A DNA stretch of 64,000 nt from contig OZ004609.1 in the NCBI GenBank assembly GCA_963924565.1, positions 24,118,001 to 24,182,000 of the forward strand, read 5' to 3'. Shown one piece after another: positions 1 to 12,300 of this stretch. Each line of letters opens with the position of its first letter. The first letter of the stretch is position 1. A program made the position numbers and the translations under genes. A model generated the notes under the pieces. The model searched no databases. It worked only from the letters and a program-made list of their open reading frames with translations, and had not been told where the DNA came from. Origin of the DNA: Ascidiella aspersa. Taxonomy: Eukaryota.

Positions 1-153
1 GGGAATCACCAGGCTAGTCGGTGATCGATCTCGCTGACATGTAACCGGGGCTACAAAATCCGTTTAAAACAACCGATTCCCGTGGCCGACCTTCACATTG
101 CCGCGTAGTGCATTTTATCAGCGTAACCAAAATTTAGTGGATATACAACAATT

Positions 154-213
154 CACTCATTTATCCCCATATCGTGGTTGGAACACTCATTTATCCCCAT
201 ATCGTGGTTGGAA
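154..213. repeat. Perfect 30-bp tandem duplication
   Basis: cactcatttatccccatatcgtggttggaa occurs twice in tandem. Confidence 0.9.
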
Positions 214-341
214 AATATTTCACTTTTACGATTTACAGTGTGCGGCTATATCAGTTTTAACCTTTGCCCCGAGTCGGTAAGCGAGTAGTCTCGAGTAGCG
301 GTACTCCACTTCCGAGTCCAATGAATTGTCTGCTTGTGCAG

Positions 342-3300
342 GTAATGTAGACTCCATGAGCTGGATGAACTACGCCTGGAAGTATGACGGCTTAAAAAAG
401 CGCAAAGCCGGCGACTTCTACAAAAACTTCAAATTCACTTTTTCCCGTGAAGAGCTCCTGATCCTTCGCCATCAGCCTGACAAGGTTTGTTTTAAAATGC
501 TGCTGCACCAATACTGTTTACTCCATGTTGAACCTGGTGATAATAATTTCAGTATAGTTGTTCATTGTGATACCTTTGTACGGACTGAACGGAAAAAGTA
601 CTATATTATTGCTTTAACTTAAGTGGTTGAAACAAGTAATTGCTATAGATTTCTGTAGACGTAAATTGCTATATATTTCTACATAAAGTCGAAAGCGTAG
701 AGATTTCCCATAGAATTTTTTACTGGTACATACGTTACAAGATACTAACGCGATTGTTTGAATCGGATTGTTTAGACCAGTGGTTGTTAACCTTTTTCAT
801 TGCTGCACCCCTTTTAAATCACCAACCAATTCTCGTACTCCCTTCTAAAATTGCTTAAATAACAAAACCATCGTAATTTTATTTATACACAAGTAACTAA
901 TAACTCAATAAAGCAATACCGAAATGTGAGTTAGTTTTACATTTAATTGAACAAAGAACTAAATTACAGTAATACATTTTCCGTGTCTGACTTAACATTC
1001 CCATACCTCTTGGGGGTGCATGTACCCCTGGTTTAGACTGTGAATTTCAGTATCTTCCTAGCGTTTCGATCTTGAAGAAAATTTTCAAACAATGAACAAC
1101 GTAAACGAGGCTTGCCTTTTTTAGCTATTTAAGCAGGCCTACAAAGAGGCCAACGATGAGGTTTTTGAGTTTGTGCCGCCTTCCAAGTCGGCTCCTCCAG
1201 ACTACCTGGGCGGATACGGATATGAAGATGAAGGTTACGGAAAAGCCGGGTACGGTGAATACGATGACGAGGAAGAGTTGGAGGACGACGACGAACAATA
1301 CGGAGGATACCAGCAGGGCCCAGCTAAGAGGCGCAAAACAGAAGTGAAAGCCAGAGAGGTCGTGTTTGACATTAACACCAAGAAAACGCCCTACAAGAAG
1401 GTACGTTTTTTACGTAATAAAGCAATTTACTTGGGTACACTAGTCACTATGCATGGATCTGTAATGCAGCTTGAGGATAAATTACAAAGGCAAAAAGGTC
1501 GAGTATATTGACATCATCTTTATTGAGACGTTTCGATACGAGCTTGTATCACTGACACTGATGCAATTTATTATAAACAATTTACATAAATAAAATTAAA
1601 CGTTTACCAATTACGCGGTAATGTTGTTGTATGGTAGTACTAGAAGGTAGTTTGTCGTTAGCCCTCACGTTCGCAACTTCAATATAGATGTATTTGCACT
1701 CGGGTTATTCTGCCGCTGCAACAGGTTTAAATTTAAGTTTGCAGTTGGTGTAATGACATTTTAATATTTAAACCCAGGGCGACATCGTTGAACTGCAGAC
1801 CAGCCTGACGAACGTTGGAAAACTGCCAGCAAAGATCGAGGCCAATTTCGAGCCGGGTGGTGGAAATCTTACTGTCTATGTTACTGACCCGCAGGGTTAC
1901 GTTAAGGTATAATTCCAATCTGCAATAACACACATTGCTACTCCTTGGTGGTATAACTTTTATAATGATTGGTGAACGAAGTGCAATTGCGGTGTTTGTG
2001 AGAAGGTGACTTGTTAATAATGTTTTTTTGCCACTCGCCCGCATCGCATATTGCCGATTTTGCGAGTGCCCTTCCCGTGGGAACGAAACTAAAGACTATT
2101 GTGCCTGCGCATGTCCCGAGCAATTAAGCCCGGGACCGGTACTGGTCCGCGGGGAGTTGGTTACCGGTCCGTAGCAGGGTTGTTAGAATTTTGTTTAAAC
2201 ACGAACTGTACGTAAAAACCTGGTAAAAAGTAAAAAATAATTAAATGTATTTTCATATTTAAACCACATTTACCTTCGTTTTAATATAGCCTACTACTCC
2301 ATGGTTGATTGGTATGATTAAAAAAACACAATTAGCATCAAGCTCTCGTGAGGTTCAAAACAACTAGTGTGCTGTGGCCATATGAGTTACATAGCACGTT
2401 CACACCATCATTATTGCATATTTTTATTGCAAAATCTAACTTCTAGAACTTACAATATATCGAAGAATGGGCTAAAATATCATGTGTTTTATTTAAAATA
2501 TCATGCAGGTTATTTTAAGTGTGCTCACCTTAAAGTGCAATAGAATTTCATGCAAACAATGTTTATAAACTATTTCCCATAATGAAATAATTTATTATTT
2601 TGATATTTAGGCAGGAAAGGTTTCGATAATACGTATGTATAATTATTAGTTTTAGCCTCTATAATTTTAGACTCTATAAAAATGACAAAAAAGTCAAAAA
2701 GCCTAATGATTTTTCTAACATTAACCACGTTAAAAATGATTTATTTTTGTCAAAAAAAAACATTCTGTCAAGCCTTGCACGTATGTCTATCCTACACTTT
2801 TCAGTTCTCGGTCTGTGGTTCGTACTTTTTTTATATTGCCATTCATTTTTTTCGTTTTTGTATTACGTTAGCTTACTATTGAAAGTGTCGCGTAGGGCCT
2901 GGTCAAATAAGATCATACATTATTATATGTTATACAAAAGTGTCACTTCTTTTGAAAGAATGCTTTAAATATCCCTATTTTGACAACTGGTAGGAATGTA
3001 GGAATTGATAATAATGATATACCAGTGTAATTTAAGAAAAAACGTAAAGGCCTAAAAGTTTTATTGATATGAGCAGCGGGCTGGGTTAAATTGCTTGGCG
3101 GGCCGGATGCCGCCCGCGGGTTTCAGTAAGATAAGAATTCCTAAATGGGAGCATCTCTTTGCAGCGAAACAAGCATAAGATAGCATTGAAAGTTGTAATA
3201 AATTTCCTTTCCTGAGACAAAATTTTAGTTTTCGGCCGGTCCGCAGTGCCATAAAGGTTGCTGACCCCTGCTCTAAATGACAAACGCCTTTATTGTGCAG

Positions 3301-6300
3301 ACGGTAAAGCCTGTGGCCCAGGTAATCGATTCTCCCACTCGCAACTACGCCATTCTCGGCAAGCCTGGCAGTCGCGACTACGCCGAATCTTACAGCGAGT
3401 CTGTCCCTCTGTTGCAATCTTCCTATCCCATGTTCAACAAGGTCGGAACCTACAAAGTGAAGGCCGTGTACCAGAGTGGCGGGGTGCAGATGGCCTCCAG
3501 TAAGTCTAAAAACAAGTATTAGCTAACGAAAAAACATCCGCTAAGCTGTTTTCGTGTTGGGCAAGGTGCATTAAACACATTACTCGTCTTCAGCGTCTTT
3601 CCTTCTAGTTATCTCGACTTTGAGTTTGTAAAACGCGGCCTAAACGTTTGTAAACTTTCCCTCGTGTATTTTAGTCACACATCTACCTGTGCGCGATGTC
3701 CTACAAAATATTAGTTTTTATTTGTATTACGTAATCTGTTTTTATAGAGTACTCGACCATTACGATTGAAGAGGAAGACGAAGAAGATGAAGCGGCCAAA
3801 TACGAGGTAAGATTTCGTTCGCACATAATAACCCACCCGAGGTGGGATATTATGAAAACCGAATCATAAAGATCGTGACATTTATGCACGATTTTGTCGT
3901 TAAAACAGCCCGATTTGACAGGCTCGACAAATTGAGTGTACGTCCTGAGAAGGAGCTGCATTCCTTTCGTTTTCAGGTGGCAAAAGCGGCAAGTCTGGAG
4001 ACGTCGGCTTCGTACGGCCAGCAGAGCGCCCCAGTTAACTACTGGAAGAAGTTGGCGAAAAAAACCTCCGAGAAAAAGGCTGAGCGCGTCCAAATGATGC
4101 TCCTTCTGCTCAAAGGATTCGCAAAGGACGCGATGGAGGTCAGCGGTGATCGTGGCGCTTCCGGCGGCCGCAAAGTGAAGCTGAAGACCGGAGCCATTTC
4201 GCCGCAGAAGCTGCTTGCTGATACCGACGATCTGCTTAACTACTATCACAACAACGTGAGTCTAGTGCCGGCGCGAGTTTTTTCGAAGTTGCCATTGCTC
4301 GGACGTGAAGGTTGCCTGTATCAGACGAAGGTTAACAAATCGGGTTGTTTAAATCGCCACGAGTTTTTTATTTTCGCACCTTGCTTTTTTGGTTGGATTT
4401 TCGACATGCCTGCCCTCCTACTGAGTCCGGCGAGTTAGTTATTTACACCCAACTATATAGGCCGCGTACGAACTAGTAATTTCCACCACTATAGGTAGAA
4501 CGCTTGTATCTTGCAGTGTAGGCCTTCAACAGGGTTGTAATGTTTGTCAGCACAAAGCTTTTGCTATGAAGTTAACTAGTGTTTTTACAGACAACTTAAA
4601 AAAATAAGAGGGCACACTGAAGCATTGCGGTAGTTTGACGCAGTATGCTAACCATTAAGGGAGGGGCTTTAACGAGATTTTGCAAACCATTATTATTTCG
4701 AACAAATTTTGAATGATTTGCGAGGGTACAACGCTCCCGGGTATATTGCGAGGCCACAACGAAATCACAAAACACAACGTGTCCCGAACAAAAACATGCC
4801 GCCAACGCCAACCGAGTAAATCTAACGTAAAACCTATCCGCTTTAGCCCGGCGTCGACCCGCTCAACTACAATAAGTTGGTGAATGCCAGGAGCCAGTTG
4901 TACGCCAAAGCAAAGAAAGTGCCCAAGGCTGATGGGGAATACGCTCAGCTGGTGGCCGATCTGGTGCGCTTGAAAGAAAACAAGACCGGAATGGTCCAGC
5001 GCGCTATCGATGATTGGGAAAAATTGCTCAGCACACGTAAGACATTGCTTTTGTCGGCTCAAACGATTAACCGACGTTTGGACTTCGACTATAGGTGGCT
5101 CTAGAGATTGTCTGTTGTAGTAGTTTTTTTAATCTGAAACCCCTTTTGATTCCTTAAAATACCAATTAGAATCCGTTCAAAATCCTCCAAAATCAAATTC
5201 GTTTGGTGCCAAATAACAGAGTAGGAAAATTAGTGATTATTTCGCAAAGTTTTTATATACGTCAATTTCAAGAATTATATTTTGTATAAAGTTGATTGTC
5301 GTTAGCTAGGAACAACAACCTCTAAGTTATTTTCGAAAATTGCCAAAACGTTTCGCAGCACATGTAAGAATATATCTAAGCACACTGATATGTTGTGGCG
5401 CACAGTTTAGGAATCACTGCTTCCTACAACCTTAACAAAATGCAAAGCACAAACCCGAGAGTGGTGGGCCAACGTTGATCTACCTTGATTGGCGGACAGC
5501 TTGGGCTTTACCGCTGTGAGAATCGACATGTGCTAAGTTTACTAACACAATGAGCCCTGTTTATACCAACAGCGGAACCCTACGAGTCACCGCCGGCAAA
5601 ACCGGACAGGAAGAAACTGCAGAGCCGCTTTGAGAAACTCTTCTGGTTTAAACCTACGGAGAAGTTCGAGGTGGACAACGAGGCGTCCGGACTCGGTTTA
5701 TCCAGGTCACTAAAACTAAAAAAAACGCGTTTGGTAAAAAATGTTTACTTCGCATTAAACTTCCGCCTCTTATTAGTTCTTTTTAAATGACAATCAATGG
5801 GTTTAAAATCATCGTCGGCTTATTGCAACTAACCGTGATCTAGTTGCGATCATGAATTTAACCTTTGCAGTGGCCTATTGCCTTTAACCAGCGTTTAACC
5901 TCCCACCCACAGTATAAAATAACAATACGATAAAAAATAACTTCCGTTTAGCAGACCGGCGTCGAAACGTTCGTAATCGCTTCCCCGCCATTTCCTCAGT
6001 GAGCTAACCTGTCTGCGCGGCATTTGTCACGTCTATTGCGATTTTTACATTTGTCACGTCCATTACGGATTTGCTGTTTAGTAAACACGACAGTTAAGCG
6101 TTCAACACAACAATAAAAGTTTTCCAAATTGTTTTCGTTTCAACAGACCTTTCAATAACTTCGATGGCGATCACAAGGCCAAGGCGACCTACTTCATTGA
6201 CGAACTGCAAGATCTGGAAGATGAAACCGACGATCTGGACGCGGTTCTTGACTACGCTGAAGCGCGACAGAAGAGCTTTGAGGTCAATCCGTCTTTGTAC

Positions 6301-9300
6301 AAGTGGGCCATCGAGTGCTACGTCGTCCATAGCCCCCTGGCTAAAAGCTACCACATCACGTAAGTGTGTTTCAGCTTTTCGGTGACGGGTGTCCGCTGAT
6401 CCCGAAGGCAAGTAAACTACTTTTCGAAGACGCACGAAGTATAGAGGCGTAAGCGTACAGAACAAAGACAGTAAACACTATAGCCTGTCTTACATTCTAA
6501 AGTAATGAAGCACGCTCCTGAGAAAGCTCTTCAACGTAACAATTCGTCTACCGTGCCACGTGTTTTTCATATCAACCAAAAAAACAAAAAGCAAACGAGA
6601 GTTATAAGAACTTACTTTATCGTGAAATTTGCGTCGAGTTATCATCTATTCCCATTTTCGCAGCTATCCAGAGCCTAAGCCGATGGCGGAGGAAATGTTT
6701 TCCGCGGCCGCCATGATCGAGACAAAACGCAGCGGAAAACCGGCAGAGAACTGGATGAACTATTGGCGCTGCGACGCAGATTTCAACTTTCACCACAGGT
6801 TTGAACAATAGCCAGCAGGTTATGTCGAACTCCCAGTTGTTTAGCCTAATATGTTATTATTTTTAGCGTATTGTACAGAGACGCGATATTAGCTGATACA
6901 GTCACGTGGACGCCGTTTTTTAATATTATTTTCTATATGCAAAGTTTTTCACCTATATGTTAATATTGCTAAACCCTAGTAATTTCAATTTTCCTGACAT
7001 GTTATTGCAATGAATGCATTCGGCATTTTAAGACCGGCACAATATACTTAATACTTATACATGAATTCTGCACTGCAGGCATTGGCACACCGTTTATTCG
7101 AGATATTCGTTCTCCCAGGCCTTGGCCAAGAGACAGGGCGAGTTGTTTCTCTACATGCACTCGCAAATGCTGGCTAGATACGATGCCGAGCGTGAATCCT
7201 GGGGATTAAAACCCGTAAAGGTAAATTGTTTTGTTATTCGTATCGTTCTCGTTACCGCTTTGATACCTTACTGCGCTATAAATTGGATTAAAGAGCCACC
7301 ATTCAATAGTTTTCAAACAAAATATGTTTCACATTAACTGCACAGCGGCTCAAGATTTACTGGTAATCTTCCACAGGCTTTCGGATACAACGAGACCCCG
7401 CGCGGTTTTAACGCTGGGTTTGAGTTTCACAAAGACCATGGTTGGTATTTGCCTAGAGAAGATTACAAGCCTTGGCCAGAAGATTCCAAAGACACTCAGG
7501 AGCGTTTCGAAAATGAGCTTCTCAAATTGTACGAGAACAAGTCGAGCGAGAACTAGTAAGTAATATACAAAAAGGCATAAGGCCATAAATTGTCTCAACC
7601 CCAGCACTATTTGTCTTGTGATTTTGTGAATGTTAGCTTTTTTAACTTATATATTTTTATTGGTTCAGCAATGATGGTAGACCCATTGACGCCAACGATG
7701 CAGGATTTCTCATGGAACCATCAAACTATAGATACTACGATTTTTTCGGTGGCTTTCATAACGCAGGACACATGGCCTTTTGCGCTGGTTTACCAGAACA
7801 TGTAAGGTATTGTAGATTAATACAGATGCGAGTAGTTGTCAATCCTTGGTAAAAGTGCATATCAGATTCTCGACTAGCGGTAAATGCGGAGCTTAATTTG
7901 ACTTTTTTATCCAATTAAACCAAACCCTCTTCAACGAACTTTTGCAAAGAAGTCTTAATAGGGTGAACTTTCAAAAGGAAGTGAGCGTATTTCTGTACTT
8001 TGCGGTTAAGAAAATTGATTTAGTATTGGGATGAACCCTCCGTATAGGATGTTTATCTCCCACACTTTAAATCCATTCGATCGCCATTGGCTAAGACCCG
8101 TCCATTTCGCAGTATACCACCTACATGGGGTCGTCGGAATGCGCTGTTCGCGATCCGATCTTCTTCCGCTGGCACAAGAGAGTCGACAATGTAGCGGACA
8201 ATTATTTCGCGTCTAAGTTAACCGAAATGGAAAATGAAAACCCCGGCGTGATAATTGAGCCCACCGACGTGCTCGTTCAGCCTGGCACCGATGCCCCTGA
8301 TGGATTTGACAAGTAAGTTTCTCGTTTTGCGATTGTAAAAGTAATGAATGGCGGTCAAAAAAATTGTAAAGCAGCGAACTCGTTGCTTTAGTGTTGGCTA
8401 AGGCAAACAAACGCGAAACGTTCTAAACTTTCGGTTGTTTGTTTTCACAGATACGACGAGGACGAAATATATTTTAAGCTTCTATATGTTTTACGTTTCG
8501 TTCTCAGCGTAAACACTGCGCAATTAGGAAATAAAAATAGCGTATTTTAAAACTAGCTTTTTTCGTAATTACACAAAGTAAATCTATTATACCAGATCAA
8601 CGTAATTTACTAGTCACCGGGTGTCCCAACGCTAAATACTTTCATGAATACTTTATAGGCAAGTTTATTGATATCCAGCACAAGGTTATGACATTCTCTG
8701 TAAACTGCAGGTACTGGAAATGAAATATAGACAAACTCTCCAAACTTTGTTTTCACTGTGCCTTGCTGCATCAATAAGGCCCTAAACACAGTACGCGGTC
8801 GTTAATTTTCCAGATTCTCTAATGGCAAGTGGACGAAAAAGAATTTTCCTCAAAACGAAATTAAAACCGACCTGAAGAAAGCAACATTGATGTACGAATG
8901 GGATAACAAGCTCACCCACGAGCCTTTCAGCTTTCACTTCCGTATTCGCAGAAGCCCGGGCACTAAAGGTTCGCACGTCATCTGATTTTTTGTCCAAAAG
9001 AAAATTAAAACTATACGAGGCAACAAATTATTTAACATTTTTACCGTATTATTTTTACCGTAACCATCCAAATATTTGGTTTTATCTGTGCTTTGCAGGC
9101 ACATTAAACCTCACCGTCCGCGTTTTCATCTGTCAGGAGCGTCACGTCTTGAACCGAAAGAGGTGGATCGAAATGGACAAATTTGTTCACCGGTAACTAT
9201 GTCAGCAGCTTCTTTTTAAACGAGCGTCACAAGAGTTAAACTGTTTTGTGTTTTTTATAATGCTGCGGCTCATCGTCATCCCTAATACCATTTGTGCTTA

Positions 9301-12300
9301 TTGTTTTGGTACAGTGTCTGAAAAATGCTACAATGTGCTAATGTTTAAGAAACGTGTGCCTGAATATATGCTGAGTGTTGTAAAGCTTATCAAACGTTCA
9401 CTTGCATTTGCTTGCAGCATGCCGGACAAGGTGAACCACTGCGTGCTTAAGCGTCTAGACATCAACTCCTCCGTTATCAAGCGCAAATTCGAAAACCTGG
9501 ATGAACAGGAGAGTAAGTTTTGTGCAACTGTGGCGGGCAACTGCGAATGCGGCTGGCCCTACGAGATGATGCTTCCCCGTGGGACTAAGGTGAGAATTAC
9601 CTTCTGTTCTGTTGGTCATCATAACAGATAAATCAGCTGTTTGAACTTAAAGGGTGGGTGGGGGTTCGGACCCCCCCCCCCTTTTCGTAAGTGACATTAT
9701 CGTGTTTTGTTCGTTTTTGTCATAGTTACTAATTGGGTCACGCGTCTTAAGCTAATGCGAAACTAAAATCACGCCTTTCGTTATTCGTTCGGGTTGGCTA
9801 ATCAGCAAGTGTGTGTTCGACAATTAATAATATAAATCAAGCGGTTTCCGCTTTTTTCTCTTTGAAAACGTCTAGTTAGACGGTGCTATGTTTCTCGCTG
9901 TTTGTTGTCTACGTTAAAAATATCAGATGTTGGTGTAAGACTGGGGTCGGCAACCTACTGTGATTCATCGGCCCGTCGCCTCTTTGACAAACTATACACG
10001 AGTTCATTACAAATACTTTTTGACTATTTTAACTACGTAAATGCGAAAAAATTGCGCTTCGCGCGAATGATCTTACTAAGTCCGGTTTGTTAACGTTTTG
10101 ATGCTGTATTTTGAACTAGATCAGCGCTTCTTTACCGTTGCGCCGTGGAAAGCTGCCAAGTGCGTCGCGGACAAACCGAACACGTATTCAAAAATATTTT
10201 ACATGTATATTTTTTAACATTTTTTATTTTCGGCAATGTAATAAAAACTTAAAAATAAATGAAATAAAATAAATGCCAGTTATATTAAAATAAAAATCGC
10301 GCTCGCTTCGCTCGCCAGCTGTGCCCTCACTTAAAACGGTTATCAAACGTTGAACTAGATTAACTAACTATTAAAGTTATACCGTTTCTTCGAAGTAGTT
10401 TTATATGTCGCGCACATATTTCACGGTCTTGGTTTAGTTTTTCGCCTGAAGTTAACGATTGCACACTAAGCGGTTTCGCAGTTGGCGCCTGGCAGGATTG
10501 TCGATAACGCACGTGTTCGCTTTTGCTGGACGTTAATTGGCTGTTTCGGATGATTTTTTTTCTTGTTATGACGTCATTACCATCGCTATTTTATGACGTC
10601 ATATCCGTCACTATTTTATGACGTCATTAACGTCAGACGAAAAAACAACGGGAAATTCCCTAAGTTGAAAATTCGGAACCCCCCCTTTTTGAATTTCTGG
10701 ATACGCCCCTGCACACCCTTGTGGGTTTTGCGTTTCAGGCAGGCGAGAAATGGTGCGTGGCGGTGTTCGTAAGCAACAACGACATCGACAATATTAAGAT
10801 GAGGACCAAGTGCGGCAGCATGAGCTACTGTGGAACGCGTGACGAGAACTACCCGGATTCAAGGTTCATGGGATTCCCGTTTGCCACCCCCATTTCTATC
10901 AAGGGAACAAAGGCAAGACGTCTAACTTGGAGCTCCAATTCTAATTGTTTCGCGTTTAACCTAAATTCTGAAAAGCTTGCTTTACTTGGTAGTGTTTGCA
11001 CGCGAGAAAAGCTTCTCAAAGCAGTAGCCATGTTTTCCTTTCAGAAATGATTTAGTTGTTGAACAACGTTCGCTCGTGTTGTAAAAAAATATAACGGACT
11101 AGTTATTTCGAGTGTTTTTCCATCAACAGGGTTTTGATAGAATAGTAATGTTAACCCAAGGATGCTTGTTAAAGGTGACCATCACAAAAGCGATGGAGGA
11201 GATGAGTAACTTCAGCATGGCGCCGTTTACGATCTACAACAATTTGGCTCCGGAGGAAGCTGTATTCAAACCGGAAGAACCTGTCGATGTGTGGAAGCCC
11301 AGTTCTGTCGTGCCAAATGTGGAAGATATCGACTACAGGTAACTGGACATTCGAGTCTTTTGTTGTAAATCATCGCCAAAAATCTATCTTTCTGAAATAT
11401 AACTTTAGATGTTGAAGTGGGCGAAATGCTTTTATATACAAACTTTGTTAATGTCGTTTAAATAAACAAGAGATCAGTGGTATACTCGGAAAGCGACTAT
11501 GTAAGTCTTCGCCCATAATCCGATTAGTTTACTAATTATAGGAGTAAAACGTTTTCTTGTTATGTTAATGACTCGACTGGGACTTGGGCAACCGATCATT
11601 TGAAATGGGACTTACGTTACGTTTGTTTGCAAAAATACTTGACGTGGACTTAGGTTATTGAAGGCTATCCAAACCGACCATTGTCCATTTAAGGCCGAGC
11701 AGATTGACTGGCCGTTTCCGCGTGCTTCTGGATGACCAGGACTTCAGCAAAATGGGCGTTGACCGGGTCAAGTTGAGACTTAAGGGGCGCGGCGAAAAGC
11801 AGACATACACGATCCATGACATGTACTTGGGAACGAGAGACGGCAACTCGCTCAGCGTTGATCCGAAGAGCATCGTGAGCGTGACTTACAAGAATAACAC
11901 CAGCATGGAAGTGCCACCCGACGGCGTATTTACCGACGAGATTGTCCTGCCGTGAGTCTGCCGTGTATTTTTTGACAGCTGGTAGTGCTGTTGCATTTTG
12001 ACTAAATAGTCTTGTATAGATCAGGGGTGGGCAATTATTTTTAGCCGCGGGCCGCATGAGAAACCTAAAATATTGTGGCGGGCCAGGTCAAATATAGGAT
12101 CTAAAATACATACAATATGACGTCATACTCTGACGGTGTAAAACAAATAATCAACCAATGTGTTATTACGTTTGGAGTTGTGCGAAAATGTGCAATTTAA
12201 GTCGGATTTAAAGAAGGTCACGAAACGTCGCACGAAGCGCGAAAAATGTGCGACTATGTTTATTTGAAAATGCAAACTTCAATTTAGATTTAGATGGTAC

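Noticed and set aside
3701-4249. 182-aa minus-strand ORF and similar antisense ORFs over exons
   Set aside because: Shadows of the plus-strand phenoloxidase exons; they cross introns and have no motifs.
8451-8550. Good acceptor (ttttcacag) followed by YDEDEIYFK in a phenoloxidase intron
   Set aside because: No suitable donor before a stop; 8312 joins 8814 in frame without it.
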